Source of the DNA: a virus
Lineage: Duplodnaviria > Caudoviricetes
IMG/VR virus record: IMGVR_UViG_3300036859_000475
Location: 1 to 53,407 of that record
Length of the DNA stretch: 53,407 nucleotides
Strand: one strand, 5' to 3'
A model generated the notes under the pieces. It was not told the DNA's origin. It saw only the letters and a list, made by a program, of their open reading frames with translations, and searched no databases. Shown piece after piece: positions 18,366 through 28,540 of this stretch. How positions within the stretch are numbered: position 1 is the stretch's first letter; the number at the start of each line of letters is the position of its first letter. Position numbers and translations under genes: made by a program.

Positions 18366-18769
18366 GCGACCCGTCCATTGGTGGGGCCGTCATCGGGATT
18401 GTGAGGGCCTCGGCCCTGGTCGCCACGCGCGTGTGGCGCTCGGACAAGATGCCTGAGCGCCCGAAGACCTTCCCCTACGTGACGGTGCTGGACATGATCT
18501 CCGACGCTCCGGGCCTGTCCGGGGACTGCGAGACGATGGCGCGCTTTCGGCTGGTGCAGGTGGACGTGTGGCAGCGCACCAAGGATGAGGATTTCTTGCT
18601 GTGCGAACGCCTGGTCGATATGCTGGACGGCACGGCCGTCGTGGCGGCACAGCGTGCCTGGCGGGTGAAGGTCGTCGATGCTCAGCGCCTGGACGATCCC
18701 GACGAGCAGATCATCCACCACGCCCTCACCCTGCGCATCGCGCACCGACAGCCCGTGGTAGCGGCATGA
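18362..18769 (+). CDS. Tail terminator (DUF3168-like)
   Basis: FPYVTV, VQVDVW; position. Confidence 0.75.
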   Translation: MSDPSIGGAVIGIVRASALVATRVWRSDKMPERPKTFPYVTVLDMISDAPGLSGDCETMARFRLVQVDVWQRTKDEDFLLCERLVDMLDGTAVVAAQRAWRVKVVDAQRLDDPDEQIIHHALTLRIAHRQPVVAA

Positions 18770-19101
18770 ATGATCCGTTGCTGCTCGTGCTGCTCGTGCT
18801 GGGCTCCTACCGCGCCCAACGCCTTGTGACGGCGGACGACTGGCCGGGCGCGCTGTGGCTGCGCGATGCGCTGCAAGACCGTGCCATGGCGCAAGGCAAG
18901 CCACGTCGGGACGGAACGCCGGGAGGAACATGGGGGTATCTCTTGGCGTTCTTCACGTGCCATTGGTGTCTGGGGTCGCTGCTCGCCGTCGTAGTTACGC
19001 TGGCCGTCGATCGCTGGTGGCAGGGCTTAGGTTTCCCCGCGCTGTGGGCCAGTGCCGTCGCCGCCGGCGTGGGATTGCTCGGCGAGCTGATCGACGCATG
19101 A
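18766..19101 (+). CDS. DUF1360-like membrane protein
   Basis: RLVTAD, FFTCHWC, hydrophobic segments. Confidence 0.7.
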   Translation: MNDPLLLVLLVLGSYRAQRLVTADDWPGALWLRDALQDRAMAQGKPRRDGTPGGTWGYLLAFFTCHWCLGSLLAVVVTLAVDRWWQGLGFPALWASAVAAGVGLLGELIDA

Positions 19102-19286
19102 GACTGCTGCGCCTCAGACGCCGCCAGCGCCCCGTACAGGCCCCTGGGAGCTCCGGAACATGCGCGCGCGGCCACGACCTCACCAAGCCGGAAAACGTGC
19201 ACAGGGGCCGTGACGGGTGCCTCCATTGCCGCGCGTGTTGGGCTGAGGTCGGGTTCCGCAATTCGACTCCGTTGACGCCCGGCTGA
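19098..19286 (+). CDS. Small Zn-binding protein (HNH-associated domain)
   Basis: CARGH...EN...CRAC. Confidence 0.5.
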   Translation: MRLLRLRRRQRPVQAPGSSGTCARGHDLTKPENVHRGRDGCLHCRACWAEVGFRNSTPLTPG

Positions 19287-19300
19287 GGCGGTCGTAGTCT
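19272..19300 (+). promoter_or_regulatory. Sigma70-type promoter for the major tail gene
   Basis: TTGACG-17 nt-TAGTCT. Confidence 0.75.
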
Positions 19301-19421
19301 TCACTCGTCCGGAACGTGCAGATCCGGCGAGAGCAGGACCCCCGAGCAGGACGTTGGGTGCTGACCCGGCGAGAGCGACGGGCGCCAGTCCGATTCGTTC
19401 CCGCAACAGGGAGGTCAGCCA

Positions 19422-19991
19422 GTGGCCGTCCAGCACGAAACGACCCTTTTTGACGTATGTGATTTCAAAGTGTTCGAAATGCTGAACGATGTGCCCGGCG
19501 CATCGGCTGGTCCGTCCTACGGCCCCGCCATCGACGTGCCGGGCGTGGCCGCGTTCTCCGGCTTCGACCCGAACATCGTCTCCGCCGAGCTCAAGGGCGA
19601 CTGCCGCGTCCTGGCGCGCCAGGGCCGCATCGACTCCATGCGTGCCTCTTTCACCTACGGCAAGCTCGCCCTGGACGTCCTTGACGCCATCTACACCGGC
19701 GAGATCTTCGACGCGGCGGGATACGCGGCCTTCCGCATGCTGGCCGGCGCGGAAACGAAGTACTTCAAGGCCGAGGTGGTCATCACGGGGGTGGACGTGG
19801 GGCTTACCGACGCCCGGGTGATCCTGTACAAGGCGCAGATCACCGGGGGGACGTTCTTCGACCAGACCACGGATAATTTCGGCCAGCCGAAGTTCGACGT
19901 CGACGGCATCGGGATCGACTCCGGCGACGAGGGTGCCGACTATCCGGCTGCGGCCAAAACGCTCATGGCCGACGTCGTTATCAACGGGTAG
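19422..19991 (+). CDS. Major tail protein
   Basis: RBS GGAGG; size; precedes chaperones and tape measure; ELKGD and VILYKA. Confidence 0.8.
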   Translation: MAVQHETTLFDVCDFKVFEMLNDVPGASAGPSYGPAIDVPGVAAFSGFDPNIVSAELKGDCRVLARQGRIDSMRASFTYGKLALDVLDAIYTGEIFDAAGYAAFRMLAGAETKYFKAEVVITGVDVGLTDARVILYKAQITGGTFFDQTTDNFGQPKFDVDGIGIDSGDEGADYPAAAKTLMADVVING

Positions 19992-19998
19992 GCGCGCG

Positions 19999-20541
19999 AT
20001 GACCGAGGAGCGGTTCCCGGCATCTGCCTATCTTCGCGGGCGACAGTGCAGCGTGCGGCTGCACGCGCTGGGCCAGGACGGCCAGCCCGATCCCGCGCTC
20101 GAGGCAGAGCAGGTGTGGTTCTCGCTGTCGAACAATCACATCGCGCGCATCGAGGAGGAATTCGGGGGCGTGGCGGCCTTCGACGAGGCCTTCACGGATC
20201 GGCCGACCTCGACCTTGCGGCGCTTCTTCGCCATCGCCTTCGGAGCCGAGGTGCCCGTGAGCCCCGATGCCCTGGACGCCGTCGGCGCCCGCATGATCGA
20301 CGTCGAGCGCCCGGCGTACATGGCGGCCCTGGACGCCTCGTGGCACCTGGCGCACGGGATGGAGGAAGCCGATGCGGGAAAAGTGTGGGAGGGCCGACGG
20401 GAGCTGGTCAAAGACGGCCGGGAGAAGCTGCTGCGCGTGTTCGAGCGCCTGATCCGGGAGGCGGCGGACGCTACGCCTGGGACGTCTGGTGCCGCGCGTG
20501 GGCGCAGACGGGCCGACCGCTCGCCGAATTCTGGAGCCTGA
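19999..20541 (+). CDS. Tail assembly chaperone (gpG-like)
   Basis: Position; contains G GGA AAA. Confidence 0.75.
   Translation: MTEERFPASAYLRGRQCSVRLHALGQDGQPDPALEAEQVWFSLSNNHIARIEEEFGGVAAFDEAFTDRPTSTLRRFFAIAFGAEVPVSPDALDAVGARMIDVERPAYMAALDASWHLAHGMEEADAGKVWEGRRELVKDGREKLLRVFERLIREAADATPGTSGAARGRRRADRSPNSGA
20376..20382 (+). other. Programmed -1 frameshift slippery site
   Basis: GGGAAAA phased X XXY YYZ; the -1 frame stays open to 20699. Confidence 0.8.
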
Positions 20542-20699
20542 CGCCGGCGCAGGCGCGCGCGATCGTGAGGGCCTACGTCCCGGCGCAGGAGCCCGAGGAG
20601 AATGCGCCGCCGGACCCGCGCCGACGCGGGAGCATGGCCGACCTGCGGCGCATGGCTCAGCGACGGGGAATACGGGTAGTCGAGGGAGGCAGGGCATGA
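20382..20699 (+). CDS. gpT-like extension of the chaperone (-1 frame)
   Basis: EFWSLTP motif typical of gpGT extensions. Confidence 0.7.
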   Translation, partial: SVGGPTGAGQRRPGEAAARVRAPDPGGGGRYAWDVWCRAWAQTGRPLAEFWSLTPAQARAIVRAYVPAQEPEENAPPDPRRRGSMADLRRMAQRRGIRVVEGGRA

Positions 20700-20714
20700 G
20701 GACGGGGGCCTAGA

Positions 20715-23700
20715 GTGGCTGGCTCGCTTAGCCTGCCCACCCTCGTTCAGGCCATCAAGCTCGACACGGGCGGCGTGACCAGCGCGTCGCGGGAGGCCGA
20801 GCAATCCCTGTCCAGAGCGGGAAGCGCCGCCGGGCGGCTCGACCGCGACGTCCGCAAGGCGGGGGAGGGATTCAAGCTCTCCAGCATCCTCATGGCCGTC
20901 GGGACCACGGCCATCGTCATCGGGCTCAAAAAGGCCGTGGACGCCGGAGTCAGCTACGCCGCGACGGTCCGCAACATCAAGGCCGTCACCGGCGGGACGG
21001 CCGAGGACTCCTCCAAACTCGCCTTCGTGCTGGACCGCGTGGGCATCGGTGCGGACAAGGCCGCGCGGCCGTTCTCGGTGCTCTCAAGGAACATTCAGCA
21101 GGGAGGTGACCGCTTCAAGCAGTACTTCACGGCGGCCGAGCTGGCCGATCTCAAGACGAGGTCGCTGATCCAGACCATTCCCCTGCTCCAGAAGAAATAC
21201 CAGGCGCTCAACACCGCCCAGGAGAAGAGCACCTTCCTGACCAACGTGTTCGCTGATCGGCAGGGCAAGTTGCGTGCCCTGTTGGCATTGTCCGCCGAGG
21301 AATTCGGCAGGATCGCCGATGAGGCGAGCAAGTTCGGCCTCGTGCTCACCGAGCAGAACCTGCAGGCCTTCAAGCAGTTCGCTGAGGGTCAGCGGGCAGT
21401 GACGCAGGCCTTCAAGGGCCTGCAGGTCCAGGTGGGCGTGCTGACGCTTCCAGTCATGGAGCGCTTCAACGAGCTGCTCGTGAACGTGATCAACACGATC
21501 TCTACGGCGCCGGGACCCGTCAAGGAGTTCGCTGCCGGCGTGGGCCTGGTCGGCTTCGGGCTGCTCCAATTCGGTCAGGGAGCGGTGGCTGCCTTCCAGA
21601 TCCTGCGCGGTGTCGTGAGCCTGGTGGGCAAGGCAGGTGGCGTCTTCCTGGACTGGGCAGGGAAAATTAGTGCGCCTGCGCAATCGCTGAACGCGCTGGC
21701 CGACAATGCCGATAGCGTCGCTGACGCCGTTTCGGGTGTGGAGCAGACGGTGGGCGTCGCGGGTGATGCCCTGGTAGGAGCCGATGTCGCAGCGCGTGCT
21801 GCAAGCCGGGGTCTAGCCGCAGCCGGGGGCGCAGCCGAGAGCGCAGCAGCTGGATTCAGCTTGGCTGGGGCTGCCCTGACGGGCCTGGTGGTGGTCGCTG
21901 CAGGGGTAGGGCTCGGTCTGATCATCAAGCAACTGCTCGACGCGCAGAAGGCGGCTGACGCCTTCGCCGACAAGATCGCCGGCCGAGGCGGGGATTCCAT
22001 CGTCGCCCAGATGCGGGCGCTGGAGAAAGAGCGCGAGCGGCTGCGCAAGGCCACCGACACGTCGGATTTCCAACGTGGGCTGCGTGGAGTCGGAGCAGGC
22101 GGCACAGGCGGCATCGTCTTTCCACCTATTCCCTCCGATGCCGAGCAGCGCAGCGACGCTCTCACCCGCAAGCTTCAATCACTCAAGCAGGCGCAGATCG
22201 AGTCCTCAAACGCGGCGAACCTGAGTGCCAAAGAACTACGGATTCAAGGTGATCAATTCGAGGAGCTGAGTACTGTAATCGGGCGTACGGTCCAGATCAT
22301 AGGATCCAGTGAGTTCGCCCAGGCGCGTCTGGAGAACGCGCTGGACGGAGTAGCAATCTCCTCAGAGGCGGGCCGCCGGGCCATCACTTCCTACGCCCAG
22401 GCCCTGATATCGGCCAGGCTGGCGGCCACGTCGGAGATCGAGTCCGACGCGGAACTCAAAAAGATTCGCGCAGAAGCTGCTGGCGCAGCCGTCGAGGCGG
22501 CGCTGAAGATCCAGGAAGCACAGGTTAAGGCCGCCGCTGCCGCCGATGAGGCGCGAGCCAAGCAGATCGCCGCCAACGCCGAACTGCTCTTCTCCTTTGA
22601 CCTGCTGCGTGACAAGGCCAAGGAGGGCCTGGATGAGCTGATCTCCTCTACTCAGGCCAACACGGCGGATTTCCTCAAGTTCTTCGACGGCCTCACGCGC
22701 ATCGCCGCTGCTGGGGCTCCGGTGCTCGCCCAACAGCTCGCGGCCATGGGGCCGAAAGGCGCCAAGGCCGTAAGCGACGCCGTCGCGCTCATAGGGTCGG
22801 ATGTTGGGTTGGGCAAGCTTGAGGCGATCGCTGTCGCTGCCGCGCTGGCCGCCAAGCAAGGCGTGGACAAGCAGTTCAACACATGGCCGGTCAACTTCGC
22901 CGACAAGGCCGATCAGGCCGTGCTGTCCTTCGAGCAGGGATTGGCGCAGCTTCCTGACAAGGCCCGGGCGGCCATAGGCCCGCCGATCAAGGTCGAGATC
23001 AATACCGATGACGTGGATCCCAAGGTCGCACGGACCGTCCAGTCGCTGAATGACATTGGCCTGCTCAAGCCGCTGGTGCGGATTGCGCTCGATCCCGACG
23101 CGCAGGACGACTTCTCCCAATCCTTGTTGCAGACGCGCCTGAGTCTGCTCGGAATAACCGAGGCCCAATGGAACGTCATCCTCGCTACGGTCGCACCGCA
23201 ACTTCGGGAGACCGGGGATGCCATCGACGCGACGGCGGCCAAGAAGCGCGAAGCAAAAATCGACACCAAGGCCCCGAATCTCTCGGCGACCAGCGCATCG
23301 ATCGACGCCATTGCGAACAAACCACGCCGCGCGGGCATCAACGTCGGAGCAGATGTCGGCTCAGCAGCGAAGACCATCGCGGATTTCGTCAACAAGCCGC
23401 GGACGGTCATATTGGATATCGAGGCCCGCATAGGAGCATCAGTTGGCAGGGTCGTGGCACAAGTCGGGGCAGCACTGGTGCCCAAAAACAAGCACGCTGG
23501 CGGCCTGGTCATGCACGGTGGTGGCCCAGTCCCGCTCATGCATGCTGGGGGCCTGCGCGCCGACGAAGTCGACGTTCGCGTGCAGCGGGGTGAGTTCGTC
23601 GTCAACCGCGAGTCCACGCGCCGTCACCTGGCGCTGCTCAACGCCATCAATGCCAAACACAACGGGGGGCTCGTCGCGGCAGCCGCCCCGGCGCGTTCCT

Positions 23701-23810
23701 CAGAAACCCACGTCCATTTCCACGGGGGCACGTTCATCGGAACGGACATGAGTCGGGCGGGGCGCGACCTGTCGCGGGCCCTTGACGCCCACCGCCGGAG
23801 CGTGGGCTAA
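20715..23810 (+). CDS. Tape measure protein
   Basis: 1031 aa, Ala-rich and helical; C-terminal HAGGLV...DEV....RGEFVV. Confidence 0.92.
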   Translation: MAGSLSLPTLVQAIKLDTGGVTSASREAEQSLSRAGSAAGRLDRDVRKAGEGFKLSSILMAVGTTAIVIGLKKAVDAGVSYAATVRNIKAVTGGTAEDSSKLAFVLDRVGIGADKAARPFSVLSRNIQQGGDRFKQYFTAAELADLKTRSLIQTIPLLQKKYQALNTAQEKSTFLTNVFADRQGKLRALLALSAEEFGRIADEASKFGLVLTEQNLQAFKQFAEGQRAVTQAFKGLQVQVGVLTLPVMERFNELLVNVINTISTAPGPVKEFAAGVGLVGFGLLQFGQGAVAAFQILRGVVSLVGKAGGVFLDWAGKISAPAQSLNALADNADSVADAVSGVEQTVGVAGDALVGADVAARAASRGLAAAGGAAESAAAGFSLAGAALTGLVVVAAGVGLGLIIKQLLDAQKAADAFADKIAGRGGDSIVAQMRALEKERERLRKATDTSDFQRGLRGVGAGGTGGIVFPPIPSDAEQRSDALTRKLQSLKQAQIESSNAANLSAKELRIQGDQFEELSTVIGRTVQIIGSSEFAQARLENALDGVAISSEAGRRAITSYAQALISARLAATSEIESDAELKKIRAEAAGAAVEAALKIQEAQVKAAAAADEARAKQIAANAELLFSFDLLRDKAKEGLDELISSTQANTADFLKFFDGLTRIAAAGAPVLAQQLAAMGPKGAKAVSDAVALIGSDVGLGKLEAIAVAAALAAKQGVDKQFNTWPVNFADKADQAVLSFEQGLAQLPDKARAAIGPPIKVEINTDDVDPKVARTVQSLNDIGLLKPLVRIALDPDAQDDFSQSLLQTRLSLLGITEAQWNVILATVAPQLRETGDAIDATAAKKREAKIDTKAPNLSATSASIDAIANKPRRAGINVGADVGSAAKTIADFVNKPRTVILDIEARIGASVGRVVAQVGAALVPKNKHAGGLVMHGGGPVPLMHAGGLRADEVDVRVQRGEFVVNRESTRRHLALLNAINAKHNGGLVAAAAPARSSETHVHFHGGTFIGTDMSRAGRDLSRALDAHRRSVG

Positions 23811-25895
23811 ATGGCGCGCCTGGCCTCGGTCGGCTGCCGCCGTTGCCAGTCCGAGCCCCTGCGGCGGATCGGCACCCTGGCCATCGTGGTCGGCAACCAC
23901 GCCGTGAGCTGGGACGCCGATCCTGCGTCCTTCGGTGTGCGTGGATTCTCGCTGGAGGGTTCGATGCGCGACTCTGCCCAGGCTCGCGCGCTGCTGGCGC
24001 TGGTGGACAACCCGGAGCGGCGCGTCGGGGTGGCGGGGACGGTCGGCGTGCTGGAGTGGCTGGACGCCGGCGACGAATACGCAACGATGCGGGGCTGGGT
24101 CTTGTTGCAGGGCTGCACCTACGAGGACGGGCCGCGTTCGGGGGACGGGGATTTCGACTTCGGCCCCTTCCGCCTGCGCGGTGCTTCCCTGGGCTGGCGC
24201 CACGAGCCGGTCATCGTGCGGGGCTCCCGTGCGCTGCCCAATGCCTACGGTCTGACTCCACGCGCCGTCGTGGTCCAGCCCTTCTGGGGACCGAAGATCG
24301 GGGGCGAGCCCTTCTCCGCTGACCCTGGAGGCGTTCCCTTCTCGCGCGAATACGACGCGAATACCGGGATGCACCTGGCCGACATCGACGTGCCGGAGGC
24401 GCGCAACCTGCGCCTGAACGTGGCCACCATCGGGACGTCGGACCCCATGGACAAGGTCGTGCGCTTCGCCTTCGAGCACGCCAAGACCCCCCCGGAGTGG
24501 GCGGTGCTTCGAGGCGGTGAGTGTCGCGCGTATGACCGCCGCGAGCAGGAGTTCCTGTTCGGCCCGGGCCCTGCGCCGCTGGTCCCGACCGACCTGCTGG
24601 TCGGCAACGGATTGGTTCGCCTGTGGTGCGGACAGTGGGGAGGTCCGGCCTACGTCCAGGTGCAGGCCTTCGCCGCCGGGGCCTGGCGCGAGGCCGGCTG
24701 CCTGTGGATCAACGGTCGGGACCTGACCTCCACGGTCATCCGGGCCCGGCTGGGACGCGTGACGCCGGACGCCGTCACCCTCGTGCTCGACCTGGACGGC
24801 GGGCTGGGACCCGTCCACCTGAGCCTGCGGCGCGGCGAGCGGATGATCCATGTCCGTCACGGCGAGGGCATCGGCCCCGTGGATGCCCGCACGCGCGTCC
24901 TGGAATGGACGGGCGTCCCGCCCTACAGGCTCGTGGACGGAACCGGCTCCATGCCGACCCCCGTCACCGAGGCCGGGCGCTTCGGGCGCGCCTACCGCGA
25001 TCCGTCGGCCGGACGCTTCGGGTGGTACGTGCGCCAGATCGACCCCGCCCACTTCGGGGCGTCGATTTACTGGGCACCGGACTCCGACTCCGACGCCCAG
25101 CCGGACTCGGACCTGTTCACCTTCCGCGACGAGGACGGCGTCGTCGTGATGCGCCTGCACTGGGAGGCCTCCAGCAAGCGGCTCAAGCTCGACCATCTGC
25201 CGAACACCGTCCTGGCCTCCGACGTGCTCAACTTCCCGGCCGGGCGCTGGATCTACGCCTCCGGGCATTTCGCGGACTGCGAGGGCCTTGGGCTCACGTG
25301 GGACGCCGGGGCGCAGATCGTCGGCGACACGGCATGGGGAGACGGCGACTGGGGGGACGGAGTGTGGGGGGGCTCGCAGGCCGTGTCGGGCATCTCGTCG
25401 GTCCTTGATGCTGGCAACCGGGACCCGGGCACGGCACACGGCCGCCTGGACCTGCTCGTGCTGGGCCACGCCAACGGGCTGCTGGACGAGGTCGTCGCCT
25501 ACGACGGCTGGCTCACGCCCGCCGAGCGCGTGGCCGTCGCCGCCCAGCCTACGCCGTACTCCGGCGCGCCCGACCCGGAGGGCAAGGCCGTCCTGCGACT
25601 GCACTTCGACCTCGAGCCCGCGACATTCGGGTCGGCCGTGATATCCGGGCGTCGCTACGAGACCACGACCGAGGGCGGGACCACGGCCCAGCCGATAGGC
25701 GGAGGCCTGCTGCGAACGGTCATGTCCCTGGACGCCGGGGCGACCGCCACCGGGACGGGCCTGCGCCTGCTCCAGTTCGGCGCGACCACCTCGCGAATGG
25801 GGGCGGCCCTGACCCTTCCGGCCGCGGAGGACGACGTGGCCGACCATCACAACCAGCTCGCCGCCGATTCCTTCCAGCAGGTCCGCGCGCGCTAG
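23811..25895 (+). CDS. Minor tail protein with possible LamG-like domain
   Basis: Follows tape measure; ANGLLDEVVAYD. Confidence 0.65.
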   Translation: MARLASVGCRRCQSEPLRRIGTLAIVVGNHAVSWDADPASFGVRGFSLEGSMRDSAQARALLALVDNPERRVGVAGTVGVLEWLDAGDEYATMRGWVLLQGCTYEDGPRSGDGDFDFGPFRLRGASLGWRHEPVIVRGSRALPNAYGLTPRAVVVQPFWGPKIGGEPFSADPGGVPFSREYDANTGMHLADIDVPEARNLRLNVATIGTSDPMDKVVRFAFEHAKTPPEWAVLRGGECRAYDRREQEFLFGPGPAPLVPTDLLVGNGLVRLWCGQWGGPAYVQVQAFAAGAWREAGCLWINGRDLTSTVIRARLGRVTPDAVTLVLDLDGGLGPVHLSLRRGERMIHVRHGEGIGPVDARTRVLEWTGVPPYRLVDGTGSMPTPVTEAGRFGRAYRDPSAGRFGWYVRQIDPAHFGASIYWAPDSDSDAQPDSDLFTFRDEDGVVVMRLHWEASSKRLKLDHLPNTVLASDVLNFPAGRWIYASGHFADCEGLGLTWDAGAQIVGDTAWGDGDWGDGVWGGSQAVSGISSVLDAGNRDPGTAHGRLDLLVLGHANGLLDEVVAYDGWLTPAERVAVAAQPTPYSGAPDPEGKAVLRLHFDLEPATFGSAVISGRRYETTTEGGTTAQPIGGGLLRTVMSLDAGATATGTGLRLLQFGATTSRMGAALTLPAAEDDVADHHNQLAADSFQQVRAR

Positions 25896-28499
25896 ATGCC
25901 GAGCATCACCGAGGCCCTCATGGAGCCCGGCTCCTTCGAGGTCGAGTTCTCCCGCGACCCGATCCTCGAGGACGAGATGGTGGCGGGTCGGCACCTGCGC
26001 TTTTATCAGGACGGCGAGCTCGTCTACTCCGGGGTGATCCTCTTGGTGGATCGCCGGCGGGCCAAGGTGTTCGTCACCGGCCGGGGCCCGTCCTGGTGGC
26101 TGGGCGCGGCTGAGCGCGGCCCGGTCATCGACTTCCTGCGCCTGTGCGCCGCGACCAACCGCCTTTCAAACGGCGCCTTCGAGCTCGGCGAGAACTATTG
26201 GCGGCTGGCGCAGGACTCGCTGTGGAGCGTCGGGGAGGAAGGAATCGGCGAGGTCGGATCGGCCGGGGCTCGCACGACCGGGAGCTATCCGAAGGAGGAT
26301 CGCCTCTCCTCGGCCGAGGACTTCGAGGCCTTCCCCGGCGACGTCATGATCGCCACGGTCCGCGCGCGGGACACGGGCGCTGCGTCCGTTCTGCGCCTGA
26401 GGGTGATCTACGGGGGCCGCATCAACCATCCGAACCTGCTGGCCGATCCGAGCTTCGAGAACTTCGGCGCCTGGACGACCTCCATCGACCCGGAGGGCAA
26501 CGCCGTGGACGGCGACAGCGGCGGCGTGGTCTTTTCTGCCCAGGCCCGCACGGGCAACAAGCTGCTGCGCCTGGGACCCATTCCCAAGTCGCAGTACATC
26601 GAGAACCCGGGCTTCGAGACCGGCGACCTGTCCGGCTGGGACTACGTGCCCTCAAACGGCAACGTCGACGTCGTGTCGGGCAGCCAGCACAGCGGTTCCT
26701 ACCGCTGCCGCCTGTTGCCGGGCGGCTTCGACACGCCGGGGGTATGGCAGGATTTCTTCGGCCCGGAGGCCTCCGACCAGCTCCGCTTCCGCGTCTACAC
26801 GAATCCCGGAGGCCCCGTTGAGCAGCTCCAGTTCCAGGTGAACTGGTATGAGGGGGGCGAATTCCAGACCGACATCATCCACGAGAGCCCGGGCTGGGGC
26901 GGGGAATACCACCGCTGGTCGGAATACTGGACCGTCCCCGACGACCACGACTCCGGGACCCCCATACGCGTCACCCTGGCCGTGGATTTGGTCATGTCCG
27001 GGACGGCCACGTGGTCGGTGGACGACTGCATCGTGGAACGCGTCAAAGGCAACCAGCGCTATATGGAGCAGCGCCGCGACACGCTGCCGAGCTTCGACGG
27101 CTTTCCGGTCATCCCCGAGCGCACCTATCGCTGCGGAACGTGGGTGCGCTCGGCCCCGGAGGTCCGCAACGGCGAGGTGTGGCTCCAGATCGTGACGACG
27201 AACTCCAACACGGGCGCCGTCGAACTGTACGAGACCCAGCACCAGGCCAGCACCGACGACTCGTGGGTGTTCATAAGCCTCGACGTCACGCCGACCTCCG
27301 GGTTTGACACCATGCGCTTCGCCGTCTGGGGACAGGACATCTTCGGCGGTCCGTTCTACGTGGACGACGCGCAGTGCATCGACACCGACCCGAGCTCGTT
27401 GACCGTCGAGGGCCGCGCCTATCCCGGCTTCGGCGGAGGCGGCTTCGCCACGCGGGCACTGACCTCCGTCGTCCCCGACGGCGCGGACACCATGCGCTAC
27501 GAGCTTGCCGCAGACCGCGACGTCGACGGGGGCTGGACGGTGGATACCTGCGTGCTGCGCCGGGACTGCGTCCCGGCCGACGCGGCGACCGTCGTGGCGC
27601 TTTTGGCGTTCACCCCGCCGGCCTTCTTCGGCAGCGAGCAGATCCTTCTCGGGGGACTCATCGAGGCGGCCGGCCCGATCCTGTTCGACCTCACGGTGCG
27701 CAACATGACCCACCGGCGCCTGCTGGACGAGATCTCCCGCTCGGGCATGGTGCTGCCGCAGCGCGAGTGGCGCGTGAATCCCGACTTCACGCTGGACTGG
27801 GGCCTGCCCTCCAGCATCTTCGTTGACCGCACGGGCGTGCTGCTGGTCGAGGACGACGTCTGGGTGCGCGGCGAGCCCCGGTGCGCGGACGACTCCGAGG
27901 AGTTCTGCACGCGCGCGCGGGTCATCGGCGCCGAGCGCCGGACGCTGCACGAGGGCGCGCCCATCCTGGTCCGCGGAGAGGCGACTAACTCGGCCGGTGC
28001 CCGGCGCTTCCCGGCCGGAGGCGTCATGTCGCGCACGCACCTGGTGGAGGATTCCGGCGTCGACCACGCGGCCTATGCCACCGACCTCGCCGCCCAGATC
28101 GCCGCGCAGGACGCCGCGCCCGCCCGCCTGCTGGACCTAGAGGTGAACAACTGGGACACGCTCGGGGCATTCGACGTCGGGGACTGGATCTATCCGTGGC
28201 TGCCCGTAGCCGGATGTGAGGATCCTGCAAATCCCGTTCCCTATCGCGACGGCGAGGCGTATCCCATCCGCCTGCGCGTGCTGGAGCGAACGCGGCGATT
28301 GGGCGAGGGCAGCTTCGAGTGCTACCTGCGCCGGGAGGACGGGACGGAACTCGATGTCTCGGCCTTCGCGCTGTGGGAGGAGGTCACGACGGGCTCGCTG
28401 CAGGTCGGGGATCCCGTGCCCGATTTCATCCGCAACGAGCAGGCCGGGGCCGTGACCAAGCAATACCTGCGTTTTCGCGGACGACTGGCCGACGGATGA
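25896..28499 (+). CDS. Minor tail/baseplate protein with CBM4/9-like domains
   Basis: Repeated N(G/P)xFE motifs, ENPGFETGDLSGW, FYVDD. Confidence 0.7.
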   Translation: MPSITEALMEPGSFEVEFSRDPILEDEMVAGRHLRFYQDGELVYSGVILLVDRRRAKVFVTGRGPSWWLGAAERGPVIDFLRLCAATNRLSNGAFELGENYWRLAQDSLWSVGEEGIGEVGSAGARTTGSYPKEDRLSSAEDFEAFPGDVMIATVRARDTGAASVLRLRVIYGGRINHPNLLADPSFENFGAWTTSIDPEGNAVDGDSGGVVFSAQARTGNKLLRLGPIPKSQYIENPGFETGDLSGWDYVPSNGNVDVVSGSQHSGSYRCRLLPGGFDTPGVWQDFFGPEASDQLRFRVYTNPGGPVEQLQFQVNWYEGGEFQTDIIHESPGWGGEYHRWSEYWTVPDDHDSGTPIRVTLAVDLVMSGTATWSVDDCIVERVKGNQRYMEQRRDTLPSFDGFPVIPERTYRCGTWVRSAPEVRNGEVWLQIVTTNSNTGAVELYETQHQASTDDSWVFISLDVTPTSGFDTMRFAVWGQDIFGGPFYVDDAQCIDTDPSSLTVEGRAYPGFGGGGFATRALTSVVPDGADTMRYELAADRDVDGGWTVDTCVLRRDCVPADAATVVALLAFTPPAFFGSEQILLGGLIEAAGPILFDLTVRNMTHRRLLDEISRSGMVLPQREWRVNPDFTLDWGLPSSIFVDRTGVLLVEDDVWVRGEPRCADDSEEFCTRARVIGAERRTLHEGAPILVRGEATNSAGARRFPAGGVMSRTHLVEDSGVDHAAYATDLAAQIAAQDAAPARLLDLEVNNWDTLGAFDVGDWIYPWLPVAGCEDPANPVPYRDGEAYPIRLRVLERTRRLGEGSFECYLRREDGTELDVSAFALWEEVTTGSLQVGDPVPDFIRNEQAGAVTKQYLRFRGRLADG

Positions 28500-28540
28500 G
28501 TGTGCTGGTCCCCGGCCGATCCTAGAATCAGGAGGACGCC

